A stretch of DNA of 64,000 nucleotides from NCBI GenBank assembly GCA_965205505.1, contig CBDBHB010000007.1, positions 384,001 to 448,000 on the forward strand, read 5' to 3'. The notes beneath the pieces are model-generated. The model was not told where the DNA came from. It saw nothing but the letters and a program-made list of their open reading frames with translations, and did not search any database. Both the position numbers and the translations under genes were made by a program. This document shows, one piece after another, positions 18,313-28,156 of the stretch. Source of the DNA: Acidobacteriota bacterium. GTDB lineage: Bacteria > Acidobacteriota > UBA890 > WLXD01. Numbering within the stretch: position 1 is the first letter of the stretch; every line of letters begins with the position of its first letter.

Positions 18313-19212
18313 TTAGAACGTCATCACCACCGAGCCGATGATCAACCGGTCGCTGCGGCCGACGATGTATGGCGCCGGGGGGTTGCCCGGAATGCTATCG
18401 ATGATCAGGACCGGCGGTACGTTGTCGGTGCGCAGGATGCCGCTGATACGCAACGCGAAGAGCTCGCTCATATGCGCGGTGATCGCGGCGCGGCCGTTGA
18501 AACGGTAATCGGTGCTGTGCTGCAGGTTGGTGAGAAACTCACCGCCGACGCTGAACTCGGAGGTGGAGGAAAGCCCCATCTTGATGTCGAGGCCTAGACG
18601 ACCCACCACATAGTTGTCCAGTGGTGCGGAAACCTGAGTCTCACGCGTCAGGCCGACGCCCGCCTCGCCCACGACTGTGGCGCGGGCGTTCTCGATGAAA
18701 CGAACGCCCAGACCCGCGTGGCCCGTCAGCCGGTTGTCGATCCCGGCAGCGCGGTCGCGAAACCAGTCGCCGCCGAGGAACCAGAAGACGTTGCCGACGA
18801 AGTTCTGTCGGTACTTGAGGCCGAACTCGTAGCGCCGCGCCGTCGTCTCGCTGGTCAGGGTTTCGCGCACTGTACCGTTCGGGCGATTCACCAGCTCGCG
18901 TCGCGTGGAGGTCAAGCGGTAGACTTCTCCAAAGACGATGATCTCGGAGTAGTCTCCGTTGATGATGAGCCGGTCGGTGAACGCCAGCGTCGTGCCGGCG
19001 CTGTTTCCGGAGGCACTGACCAATGCGAGCTGTGCCTCGTTCGTCCAAGCCTTACTCGGCGGCGCGACGCCCAAATCTTGGGCCTCTGCCGGTATGGAGA
19101 AGACGAATGCGCCGAGGAGACAGAGCGCTGCTGCACGTTGCCAACGCGAGTCGAACATTCCCACCCCGATCTGTCGCGCCACGCCAGCCTGCCCCCGCTG
19201 CTGGCGTCGCAA
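18313..19212 (-). CDS. DUF481-family outer-membrane beta-barrel protein
   Basis: ASGNS, alternating beta strands, C-terminal Phe; likely start near 19158. Confidence 0.7.
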   Translation of the reverse strand: MRRQQRGQAGVARQIGVGMFDSRWQRAAALCLLGAFVFSIPAEAQDLGVAPPSKAWTNEAQLALVSASGNSAGTTLAFTDRLIINGDYSEIIVFGEVYRLTSTRRELVNRPNGTVRETLTSETTARRYEFGLKYRQNFVGNVFWFLGGDWFRDRAAGIDNRLTGHAGLGVRFIENARATVVGEAGVGLTRETQVSAPLDNYVVGRLGLDIKMGLSSTSEFSVGGEFLTNLQHSTDYRFNGRAAITAHMSELFALRISGILRTDNVPPVLIIDSIPGNPPAPYIVGRSDRLIIGSVVMTF

Positions 19213-19333
19213 GTGTATTCGACCGCCCCGTTTCTCCTAATCAGGTTAGTAAGGCGAAGGAGCGCTGTCCAGACGCATACGCTGTCTCCGACGGTGAATC
19301 TTCGCGCGGCGGAGTGCTGCCGTAGGCTTCGCT

Positions 19334-20314
19334 GTGCACTTCCAGCCAGCTGGTAGGGCACCCACCGGTGCCGCAACGAATAGAATCGTCGTCGCACTCG
19401 CGCCGCGTCGAGCGCGTCCTGCGGAGCCTCTTGTCTTGTCGCTTCAGATCGGCACTCTTCTCTGTTTGCTGACCATTCCGTTCGCCGCGGTGAACTCGTT
19501 GCACCATGCGCTGGCCCGCCGTCCGGTGCCCAACCGACGGCGCATTCATGCAGTGAACTTGCTCGTCGCCATCGGCTTCTTCGGGTTGGCCAACGTCGCG
19601 CAGGCCAACCCCGGCAATTCGGGCAGCTCGCTCGTCTTCGCGCGCCTGTGGCTGCCGATCGTCTATTTCTGGTGGGCCTACTCCTGGGCCGGGCACACGC
19701 TGCACCTCTTTCACCCACCGGAGTTCTCTTACGACCGGCCGCTGATCGACCTGGAACAGCGGCTGTTCGGCAATCCCAGCCTGTGGCTGGCGCGCGGCCG
19801 CCCGGCGTGGCTCAACGAGCTGATGCATATCTCCTACTGGCTATACCTGTTCTTTACCCCAGTGCTCGGCATCGCGCTGTACGCGGCAGGCGATTTCCAG
19901 CGCTTCGAGGCCATGGGACTGGCCGTGTGTCTGGGCTACGTGATTTGTTATTCGGCCTATCCCTGGATGCCGCTCTGGGGGCCACGCTGGGCTCTGGTTT
20001 CGGAGGGCCTGCTTCCCGAGGCCGAACGGCTGCTGCCGGGACACCTGATCACCGGTTGGACGAACCGGATCATGTGGAGCTCGACTGCGCACAAAGGGGG
20101 GGCGATGCCCAGCGCCCACAGCTCTACCTGCCTGGTTTTCATGGTTTGGTGTTGGCGGATCTGGGGGGTGAGTGGCGCCCTCGCGGGCGGCGTGATCGGC
20201 GGCCTGATGTTCGTGAGCACGGTGTACGGTCGCTACCACTATGTGGTTGACGTGCTCGCCGGAGTAGCCGTTGGCCTGGTGTCGCTCGGCCTGGCAGATC
20301 TGCTCACGCGATAG
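19334..20314 (+). CDS. PAP2/inositol-phosphorylceramide-synthase-like membrane phosphatase/transferase
   Basis: GP.W, AMPSAHS, STVYGRYHYVVD. Confidence 0.82.
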   Translation: MHFQPAGRAPTGAATNRIVVALAPRRARPAEPLVLSLQIGTLLCLLTIPFAAVNSLHHALARRPVPNRRRIHAVNLLVAIGFFGLANVAQANPGNSGSSLVFARLWLPIVYFWWAYSWAGHTLHLFHPPEFSYDRPLIDLEQRLFGNPSLWLARGRPAWLNELMHISYWLYLFFTPVLGIALYAAGDFQRFEAMGLAVCLGYVICYSAYPWMPLWGPRWALVSEGLLPEAERLLPGHLITGWTNRIMWSSTAHKGGAMPSAHSSTCLVFMVWCWRIWGVSGALAGGVIGGLMFVSTVYGRYHYVVDVLAGVAVGLVSLGLADLLTR

Positions 20315-20731
20315 CTACAGCGTCGCGAGCAGCAACAAAAAGAGCGCCGTGTTGATCGCGTGGCTGGTGAAGCACAACGTACAGCGGACACCGAGCACGT
20401 AGATCAGCGAATAAGACAGATACGCAGCCAGCACGACGGTGGCGGCCGCAACGGCCAGGTAGCCGTACACCCACGGTCGTTGCAGGGCGGCGCCGTCCGA
20501 CACACCGATGAGCAGCGCCAGGTAGTACACCTGTCCCAACAACGAGTTGGGCACACCGAATACCCGCGCCTGCGGGGTGAACACCACCAGCGTGCAGGTG
20601 CCCTCGTCGAGTCGACAAAACGGCGGGATCCACTGCGAATCAGGCCGCATCCAGCGGAACGCTACCGCGGTGAAGTAAGTGGAGACCAGCAGGCCAGTCA
20701 GCGCCATTACCAGGAACAGTGATTCGATCAT
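20315..20731 (-). CDS. Vitamin K epoxide reductase (VKOR) family protein
   Basis: Loop cysteines C.....C..V..., FGVPNS.LG, CTLC active site. Confidence 0.85.
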   Translation of the reverse strand: MIESLFLVMALTGLLVSTYFTAVAFRWMRPDSQWIPPFCRLDEGTCTLVVFTPQARVFGVPNSLLGQVYYLALLIGVSDGAALQRPWVYGYLAVAAATVVLAAYLSYSLIYVLGVRCTLCFTSHAINTALFLLLLATL

Positions 20732-21464
20732 CGCTGCGCTCAGCCTAGTATTGATGAGGACAGAACGTCCCAGCGCAGGGGAGGGTTGCTTGAGATTATC
20801 TACGCCAGACCGTTGGCTACTTGCTGCTACGATCGCAGCGGTCCTGAGCCTCGGATCGTGCGCGCCGGCGCCAACCGGCACGGTCCGGCTGGTTGACGGC
20901 AACACGGTCGAATTTCCGGCTACCGTGCAATCGAGCGCTTTTGCTCAAGGAGACACCGCCGGCTACCACCTCGTGGTATGGCGCGGTGGGCGAGCCACCG
21001 ACCACGCGCTCTTTGTCGCCAGCGTAGGTGACATTCAAGTCATCGACGCTCTCGAGTCGCTCGGCGCCGCGCCCGGCGATGCACTCTCCATCGACACCTG
21101 GGAGCAACGCCACGACACCGAGGCAGCGGCTCCCGATCGAACGATCGAGGGTCCGAGGGTCGAGCTGGAGTTCTTGCTGCCGGGATCCGAGCAGCCACTA
21201 GCGCTCGACGAGTTCCTCGACGATTCCGGAGATCGCGGTTTCGACATGCGCTTCGGCGGCCATCGCGGCAATATCGATGCGTGGCACTCCGGCTGCGTCG
21301 TATGCCTCTATTCGTGCCCGGGCAGCAAAGTAGGCAACGCGCGTTATACGGTGCGCGACTTCGTCGCCGGTGGGCCGCATTTTACGGTGCGCCCGGGCAT
21401 ATTGCCCGCCGACGGAACGGAGGTTACGGTCCGACTACGGTTGGTCGAAGGGGGGGTCTCATGA
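20679..21464 (+). CDS. YdjY-domain (lipo)protein
   Basis: Lipobox-like LGSC; F.MRFGG...SGCVVCLYSC; true start probably near 20789. Confidence 0.7.
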   Translation: METSRPVSAITRNSDSIIAALSLVLMRTERPSAGEGCLRLSTPDRWLLAATIAAVLSLGSCAPAPTGTVRLVDGNTVEFPATVQSSAFAQGDTAGYHLVVWRGGRATDHALFVASVGDIQVIDALESLGAAPGDALSIDTWEQRHDTEAAAPDRTIEGPRVELEFLLPGSEQPLALDEFLDDSGDRGFDMRFGGHRGNIDAWHSGCVVCLYSCPGSKVGNARYTVRDFVAGGPHFTVRPGILPADGTEVTVRLRLVEGGVS

Positions 21465-21491
21465 AGGTACTGCCCAGCCTGGCGGTCTACG

Positions 21492-22268
21492 TCAACGTTG
21501 TTGCATCCGATGCACCGCTTGCGCCACGAGCGCACGCGGCGCGCAGCGAACCGACAACGCCATCAGGCGATTCTTGAGCCCGGGTATGAACACCCTGCGC
21601 CCACGCCACAGCGCCGCATAGCCGGCGGCGGCGACCGTTGCCGCATCGGGAACGCCCGCCGGCACCGGAAGTTCGTCGCGCCCATGCAACACGGCGCGAA
21701 ACTCGGTCAGCGTAGGACCGGGGCAGAAAGCACTCACGACGATGCCTGCGTCACGTACCTCCTCGGCGATCGCCTCGCTGAAGTGGAGGACGAAGGCCTT
21801 GGTCGCAAAGTAGACGCTCATCAGTGGCCCGGGCTGGAAAGCCGCCGTCGAAGCCACGTTCATGATCCAGCCCCGGCGACGTTGACGCATCGTCGGTAGG
21901 AACAGGCCGGTAAGTCCGACAAGGGCGCTAACGTTCACCTGGATCATCTCCAGCTGGCGATCGAGATCCGTGTCGGCGAAGCTTCCCGAGCACCCGAACC
22001 CGGCGTTGTTGACAAGGACATCGATCTGCAGGCCGCGTTGCTGAACACTCTCGTGCAACGCCCGCGCCGCGCCAGCCGCGGCCAGGTCCGCGGCGATCAC
22101 AGCCACCTCCACATCATGGGCATCAGACAGCTCGGCAGCCAGCTGCCGGAGCCGGTCCTGGCGCCGTGCGGTGAGCACCAGGTCGTGGCCGTCGGCGGCA
22201 AACAGTTTGGCCAGCTCGAAACCGATGCCGCTGGAGGCGCCGGTAACGAGCGCCGTGATCTTGCCCAT
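21492..22268 (-). CDS. Short-chain dehydrogenase/reductase
   Basis: TGASSGIG, NNAG, YFATK. Confidence 0.93.
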   Translation of the reverse strand: MGKITALVTGASSGIGFELAKLFAADGHDLVLTARRQDRLRQLAAELSDAHDVEVAVIAADLAAAGAARALHESVQQRGLQIDVLVNNAGFGCSGSFADTDLDRQLEMIQVNVSALVGLTGLFLPTMRQRRRGWIMNVASTAAFQPGPLMSVYFATKAFVLHFSEAIAEEVRDAGIVVSAFCPGPTLTEFRAVLHGRDELPVPAGVPDAATVAAAGYAALWRGRRVFIPGLKNRLMALSVRCAPRALVAQAVHRMQQR

Positions 22269-22392
22269 CGTCGTCTTCTCCCTCGCCGAGGTTGTTCTGG
22301 ACGATCACGCTTCGCTTCGGTTCCGGGATTCCCGCGATCTGCTCGCCTATAATCCGGGCGGGCGCGAGCGTACAAACCCTGGGGAGCTCAGC

Positions 22393-24501
22393 ATGATCCG
22401 ACAACGCCGCATTGCTCTCGTGATCGCGTGCGCGATCACCGCCGTAGTTTCTATCAGCAGCGATGGCAGCGCCCAGTTTGGCACTCGCGCTGTCAGCCTG
22501 ACCGACTACTACGAGCTCGTCGGCGTGAGCAGCCCTGCGATGGCGCCCGACGGAAGCTCGGTGGCGTTCGTTCGAACTGTGGCCGTGGAGGCGGAAAATA
22601 CACGGCGGGCCGAGCTCTGGCTGGCGGATTCACGCGACGTGATCCCGCCCCGGCGACTTGCCAGCGCCGCGTTCGACGCCAGCAATCCGATCTGGAGCCC
22701 CGACGGACGGCTGCTCGCATTCACCTCCGGACGCGGGGTCACGCAGGAGATACCGGGCAGTATCTGGTTCCTCGACTTGCAACAGGGTGGCGAAGCGTTT
22801 CAGATCGAGGGCGTCGAGGGCAGCCCGGTCTTTAGCCCAGACGGACGCTGGATCGCATATACGCGAGCTACACCGCCAACCGGCGAGGCGGCGGCGCGCA
22901 CGTGCTCCGGACGTGGAAGCTATGAACAAGATGCCGAGCTCGAGCAGCTGTTGCGAGATCGCTTCAATGGTCTGATCTACGACTGGCTCCAGTACCGGTT
23001 CGACCGCCGCGGCTACCTCCCCGACCCGGCCGATCCGCTTGCGTCACCGCCGCGCGAGCTGTACCTCGTTCCGCGCGCCGGCGGGCCGCCGCGCCAGCTG
23101 ACCCAGCTGGGCTTCGATGTCGGCGACGTAGCGTGGCACCCGGACAACGAGCGGCTCGTCTTCTCTGCCGACGAGCATCAGCGTGACGAGTTCACCTACC
23201 CGCGGCACGACCTCTGGGCGGTCGATTTCGCCGGCAGTATCGAACGACTCACCGACGACGGATTCGTCAACAGTCGGCCGCGGTGGAGCTCCAACGGTTC
23301 GACGGTGGTCTATCGGGGCGTCGAGGGGCTCGACGCAGTCATCGAAGCAGAGCGCGGCCGCGGAGCACCAACCGACCTGTACGCGCTCGACGTCGCCGGC
23401 GGTGTAGCCCGCAACCTCACGGCGTCTTGGGACCTCCGACCCCGCGCCCATGAAGTGAGTGCCGACGGCACGGTGCGCTTTAGCGGCGGGACCGGCGGCC
23501 AAAACCATCTCTTCTCCGTGCCGGTTGCCGGCGGCGCCATTCGGCAGCTCACGGACGGTCGCCGGTGGCTCGCGGGCGTGAGCTTCGGCGCTGATCCGCG
23601 CACCTTCGCCTACACCTCCACCACGAGCACGTCGCCGGCGGAGCTCTACGTGACGCGGCCAGACAGCGGTGAGACCCAGCTCACCCGGTTCAACCAGCTG
23701 CTGGTCGCGAACACGATGCCAAGGGTCGCCCGCCCGATCGAGTACCCCAGCAACGACGGCACGTTGATCGAAGGTTGGGTCATCCTGCCGCCGGGATATG
23801 CACCGGATGAAGGCCCCTACCCGCTGATCCTGAACATCCATGGCGGGCCGCACGGCGCCTTCGGCGAGCGCTACTCGTTGGAGTTTCAGCTCTGGGCGAA
23901 GGAGGGGTTCGTGGTGCTCTACACGAACCCGCGCGGGTCCAGCGGATATGGCGAGGACTTTCTGTGGGCTACTTGGGGCGGTTGGGGCGGCTTGGACTAC
24001 GAAGACGTGATGTCGGGCGTCGACTACGCGCTGCAGAACTTCGCCATCGACGAGGAGCGTCTGGGGGTGTCCGGCTACTCTTATGGCGGCTTTCTGACCA
24101 ACTGGATCATCACCCAGACCGACCGCTTCGCAGCGGCGATTTCCGGCGCCGGGATCTCCAACTGGCTCAGCGACTATGGAACCGCCGACATTCCGCGCAC
24201 CAAGGAGTCGGAGTTCTACGGACCGCCCTGGAAGCCGCGCAGCGGCGATCTACTGTGGGAGCAATCGCCCATCAAGCACGCCGATGGCATCTCGACTCCG
24301 ACCTTGATCATTCACGGCGAGAGCGACTATCGCGTGCCGATCGAACAGGGTGAGCAGATGTATACGGCGCTACGCAAACAGAGGGTGCCGGCGAGGATGG
24401 TTCGCTATCCCGACTCCTACCACGGTGGCTGGCGTCCCTGGGACATGGTGCACCGGTACTCCGAGGAGCTGACTTGGTGGAACAAGCACCTGGGCAACTA
24501 G
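22393..24501 (+). CDS. S9 (prolyl oligopeptidase/acylaminoacyl peptidase) family peptidase
   Basis: Signal peptide, WSPDG propeller repeats, IHGGP, GYSYGG, HGESDYRV, H near the C-terminus. Confidence 0.93.
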   Translation: MIRQRRIALVIACAITAVVSISSDGSAQFGTRAVSLTDYYELVGVSSPAMAPDGSSVAFVRTVAVEAENTRRAELWLADSRDVIPPRRLASAAFDASNPIWSPDGRLLAFTSGRGVTQEIPGSIWFLDLQQGGEAFQIEGVEGSPVFSPDGRWIAYTRATPPTGEAAARTCSGRGSYEQDAELEQLLRDRFNGLIYDWLQYRFDRRGYLPDPADPLASPPRELYLVPRAGGPPRQLTQLGFDVGDVAWHPDNERLVFSADEHQRDEFTYPRHDLWAVDFAGSIERLTDDGFVNSRPRWSSNGSTVVYRGVEGLDAVIEAERGRGAPTDLYALDVAGGVARNLTASWDLRPRAHEVSADGTVRFSGGTGGQNHLFSVPVAGGAIRQLTDGRRWLAGVSFGADPRTFAYTSTTSTSPAELYVTRPDSGETQLTRFNQLLVANTMPRVARPIEYPSNDGTLIEGWVILPPGYAPDEGPYPLILNIHGGPHGAFGERYSLEFQLWAKEGFVVLYTNPRGSSGYGEDFLWATWGGWGGLDYEDVMSGVDYALQNFAIDEERLGVSGYSYGGFLTNWIITQTDRFAAAISGAGISNWLSDYGTADIPRTKESEFYGPPWKPRSGDLLWEQSPIKHADGISTPTLIIHGESDYRVPIEQGEQMYTALRKQRVPARMVRYPDSYHGGWRPWDMVHRYSEELTWWNKHLGN

Positions 24502-24509
24502 CAGTCCGT

Positions 24510-25454
24510 GTGGCGGTCTCGCTCGCCGTGGCGACGGTGAGCCTCTCGCCGAGCCCCTTCGCTCTTCCAGCCGCTGCGAGCCCGCGACCCACGACGGTCG
24601 TCCAGCCCATTGCCACACTTGGCGGGGCTCCAACGGCTCAGTTGCCACCGCGCCTGCTTACTGACGCCGACGGAGCGCCGCTGCCGTTCGAGTCGGACGC
24701 CGACGTGTTGGAGTTCCTGCGCTCCGCCGAAATTGTCTCGCAGAAACGCTACGACGAGGGCGGGCGGCCGATCGCCTTCAATGACGCCGACGAGTTCGGC
24801 TGCGGAACCTATCTAGTTCGCCTTCGGCTGGGCGCCGTGGAGCTCGATGCGGTCTTCCGCAGCATCGAAGATCGTCTCGGGGTGGCACGCTTCGTGGATG
24901 GGAGCACCGAGGTTCACTTCCGCGACAGCGGCCTTTTCGAGTGCGCCGCGTACGAGCTGAGCACCCTGCTCGGGTTGCACCAGGTGCCGCCGGCGGTGCG
25001 CAGACAGATCGGCCCGGTCGAGGGTAGCCTGCAGATCGTCATCCCGACATCGTTCAACGAGTCGGATCGGGTAACGCGCCGTCTCACCGACCCCTCGTCG
25101 CAACGTTGGAACAAGCAGCTCGCGACGATGTACACGTTCGACGCGCTCATCGCCAATGCCGACCGCAACCGCAGCAACCTGCTGTACGACCCGAGCTGGC
25201 GGGTGTGGCTCACCGATCACTCGCGCGCATTTCGGGTATCCACGCGCCTCGATGAAGCGCCGCTGCAGGCGATCGAGCGTACCTTCTGGACCAGCATGCG
25301 CGCGGTTACAGCGGAGGCGATCAGCGACGCGGTGAGCGACTACCTGAGCGACAGCGAGCTGACCGCGCTTCTCGAGCGTCGCGACCGTCTGGTAGCGCAC
25401 TTCCAGTCGCTGACCGAGCAACGCGGCGAGCAGATGGTGGTGTTCGGCTACTGA
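24510..25454 (+). CDS. Exported PI3/4-kinase/HipA-like fold protein (paralog 2)
   Basis: LPFESD..VLEFLR.AE, ECAAYELSTLLGL..VPP, GSLQ, FDALIANADRNRSN, WLTDH; collinear with 7347-8291. Confidence 0.7.
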   Translation: MAVSLAVATVSLSPSPFALPAAASPRPTTVVQPIATLGGAPTAQLPPRLLTDADGAPLPFESDADVLEFLRSAEIVSQKRYDEGGRPIAFNDADEFGCGTYLVRLRLGAVELDAVFRSIEDRLGVARFVDGSTEVHFRDSGLFECAAYELSTLLGLHQVPPAVRRQIGPVEGSLQIVIPTSFNESDRVTRRLTDPSSQRWNKQLATMYTFDALIANADRNRSNLLYDPSWRVWLTDHSRAFRVSTRLDEAPLQAIERTFWTSMRAVTAEAISDAVSDYLSDSELTALLERRDRLVAHFQSLTEQRGEQMVVFGY

Positions 25455-25572
25455 CCCGGTTGGGGGGCTAAGAGGTTGCTTGGGGTGCTTTGCTGCCCGG
25501 CCCCGGGGCGTGGATGCGGGGCACGAGAACGAGAGCCCCGATGCTATCCTAGGCGCGCTCGACGGCCAGCTC

Positions 25573-25667
25573 GGAGGGGTAGCGAAGTCCGGCCGTAACG
25601 CGCTCGACTCGAAATCGAGTTGTCGGCGTAAAAACCCGGCACGTGGGTTCGAATCCCACCCCCTCCG
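25573..25667 (+). tRNA. tRNA-Ser(CGA), left boundary of the mobile region
   Basis: GGAGGGG/CCCCTCC acceptor stem, CTCGA-CTCGAAA-TCGAG anticodon arm, long variable arm, GTGGG-TTCGAAT-CCCAC. Confidence 0.96.
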
Positions 25668-25953
25668 CTCTCCATTTTCTTTAAGTCGCTGCAATGAAAC
25701 AAGATGCCAATACAGGATCTCGAGGTGCATACAATTACAGCCACAATACCAGACAAGAACGCACGGGTACCAGAGATCCCGTTCGGGAACGGCTGGAGCG
25801 TGGTCATGCCGGACACCAGGCCGCGATGAGAATCCTAGCGACCATCCTGCGGCGGGTTGGTCTCGGCGCTGGCCATCGCGGCTGCCTACGCGCTACCGGC
25901 GCCTACGCAACCTAGAGCACCAGCACCCAGAGCTCACTCGCGGCCTGTGCGAC

Positions 25954-27759
25954 GTGCTGCCCCGGAAGGTGCTGGCGCGGCTGCCGAGCTTTCCGCATCC
26001 GTGGCCGGAGGATCTCGCCGCGGAGCTGACGCCGGAGCTGGTAGCCGAAGCGCTGCTCCAGCTGGTGCCGCACGTCGGCTGCGATACCGCGTCGGCCTCC
26101 AGGTTCTTTCAGACGATCCGCGACAGTCGCGGCCATTGGAACAAGGAAGTGTCCTGGCACCGTGGGCTCGTGATCTTGCCGCCGCTCGCCGCGGCTCACT
26201 GGTTGCACCAGCTGGTGCTCGGCGCGCCGTTGCAGGATGCGCGTGGGCACGTTCGTCATCTGGTGATCGACTACGACGGGCCACGGCACCTCTGCGATCC
26301 GGAGACGCGACACGAAGCGCTGTGCGAGATTCGCACCGCTGGCGTGCCCGTGTGGTTCGCCACGCGGCCGAGTTGCAACCGCGAGCAATCGATGCACGTA
26401 TACGTGCTGCTGGATCAGCCAATGCCGGCGGAGGCGGCGGCCGAGCACGTGCGGCGTCTGTTGCGCGCCAAGCCGGGGGCGCCACCGGGGCAGTGGTACG
26501 AGATCCTGGTGGGTGCTTGTCGTCTGCCGGCCGGTCTTGACGCCGCCCGGCTCGACCCCGCCACCGGTGCCGAGCTTAAGGAATCGCCTAGCGAGCAGCT
26601 GCGCGCGATTCTCCAGCTGCGCGGCAACTGTGACCGGCTCCGGGTGCGCAAGCGTCCAATTCGTGTCCCGGGGATGGTGCAGGACACGCGTGGATCCTTC
26701 GCCGCAGGTCCGGGTGCGGAGACCTGCCTAAATCGGGCACCATCGCCGCTGGAGGCGATCGCAGCCGCAGCCGAGGCACGCGCCGAGCGCTACGAGCTCG
26801 CGGAGGCCGCGGGCGGTGAGCGTCCGCGCTTCGGATCCGTCGGGCCACTACCGTGGGACGAGCCGCGCGAGATCGGACAGCTGCTGCGCTCCGGATCGGT
26901 GGACCCGGGTCGCCGGAACGCACTGGCGCGGGCTGTGGGTCATTACGCACACGCTGCGGGCCTCGACGAGCACCAAGTTCTCGAGGCCTTCGACGCGATC
27001 ACGTTCCAGGGCGCCACGTGGACCGAGCTGCGCGGCTGGCGAGCCGACTGCACGAGATCCTACGGCCGCGGCGCCGAGTTGCTGCGCAACCCCGCCGCGA
27101 CCGAGGCCATGATGCCGATGCCTCACAAGCTCCGCGAGATCGCCACAGCCGCGCTCGAGCAGCTGCCTGACGACGTGCGCTCCCGCCTCGAGGCCGACGC
27201 GGCCGAGATCCCACACCGGGCACTGCGGCGCGCGTTCCTGCGCGCCGTCGGCTATACGCTTGCCCGGTGCCGGCACGGGCGACCTGACGTGCCAGCCTTG
27301 ACGTTGCGCGCGTTGGTCGGTACGCCGCGCTGGTGCGCGCCAGCGATCGACCGCGCCGTGCTCCTCGGCTGGCTCCGGATCGAACGCGAAGCCGATCGCC
27401 TCGAGCACCGCTGCCGGCGCTTTGCACCAGGTCCTCGAGCCAATGCTCCGGCTGCCGAGCCTGCGCGCGGGTGCATCATCGAGTTCCCCATGCAGCACAG
27501 GAGCATCGTCCCGAAGGGGGTACGGACCGACAGGAGTACTCCCTCACGCACGGTCCGCGGTCCGACAGGGGTACTCCCCACGCACGGTCCGACAGGGGTA
27601 CTCTCCACGCACGGTCCGACAGGGGAAACGCTGCCGACACGCCTGCCGGGGACAAAGCGATCGCGGGCCGCCGAGCGCCGCCCGAACAACTGCTGCGACC
27701 GCCTACCGGCGCAGGCGAGTCGAACGGTCGGGACCCCTATCGGGTTCACGAAAAAGTAG
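25954..27759 (+). CDS. Putative replication protein: AEP primase-like + PriCT-like + winged-helix tail (start uncertain)
   Basis: LVIDYD (motif I), SMHVYV (motif II), E....CRLP; PGRRNALARAV PriCT-like; C-terminal AIDRAV.LGWLRI..R.RRF wHTH-like. Confidence 0.6.
   Translation: MLPRKVLARLPSFPHPWPEDLAAELTPELVAEALLQLVPHVGCDTASASRFFQTIRDSRGHWNKEVSWHRGLVILPPLAAAHWLHQLVLGAPLQDARGHVRHLVIDYDGPRHLCDPETRHEALCEIRTAGVPVWFATRPSCNREQSMHVYVLLDQPMPAEAAAEHVRRLLRAKPGAPPGQWYEILVGACRLPAGLDAARLDPATGAELKESPSEQLRAILQLRGNCDRLRVRKRPIRVPGMVQDTRGSFAAGPGAETCLNRAPSPLEAIAAAAEARAERYELAEAAGGERPRFGSVGPLPWDEPREIGQLLRSGSVDPGRRNALARAVGHYAHAAGLDEHQVLEAFDAITFQGATWTELRGWRADCTRSYGRGAELLRNPAATEAMMPMPHKLREIATAALEQLPDDVRSRLEADAAEIPHRALRRAFLRAVGYTLARCRHGRPDVPALTLRALVGTPRWCAPAIDRAVLLGWLRIEREADRLEHRCRRFAPGPRANAPAAEPARGCIIEFPMQHRSIVPKGVRTDRSTPSRTVRGPTGVLPTHGPTGVLSTHGPTGETLPTRLPGTKRSRAAERRPNNCCDRLPAQASRTVGTPIGFTKK
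27523..27626 (+). repeat. 27-bp iteron-like direct repeats (3 full copies plus partials)
   Basis: CGGWCCGACAGGRGTACTCYCCACGCA-like units at 27523 (28 bp), 27558 and 27585, partial at 27612; palindromic core GGRGTACTCC. Confidence 0.85.
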
Positions 27760-27792
27760 CTGCGCACAATTCGCGCATAAAATGACCGGCAA

Positions 27793-28030
27793 ATGAAAAT
27801 CGAGCCCAAAGTTATCCGCCGCCTACGATGGAACCGCCGCTATCGACGATGGCGCGCCGGAATCCTCCGGAACGAGCCGTTATGCCGTTCCTGCGCTGAA
27901 GCGGGATTTACGGTCGCAGCGGAGCACATCGACCACATCGAGGCCGTCCACCTGGCGCCTGAGCGCTTCTGGGACCGCGAGACAACATCCGGCCGATCTG
28001 CCGGGACGGCCACATCGGCCGCATCACGAA
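27793..28030 (+). pseudogene. Phage packaging-type HNH endonuclease, copy 1 (frameshifted)
   Basis: WRAGILRNEPLCRSC...IDHIE...FWDR, then frameshift to NIRPICRDGH. Confidence 0.75.
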
Positions 28031-28156
28031 CGGTAATCCTCGTCTCGACCGATCAGGCACGCGACGCCGTAGTTTCCGCGCATCTCCCATCGCGGGGGAG
28101 CGCATGAAAGGGGCCAGATTCTCGGTCGTTTCGCCCGCTTCGTCAGATAGGGCAGC

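Noticed and set aside
25480-25953. N-terminal part of the 759-aa ORF
   Set aside because: Overlaps tRNA-Ser and the att-like flank; an open-frame artefact of GC-rich DNA
27523-27626. Possible CRISPR array
   Set aside because: Repeats are directly tandem with no unique spacers, and no cas genes are present
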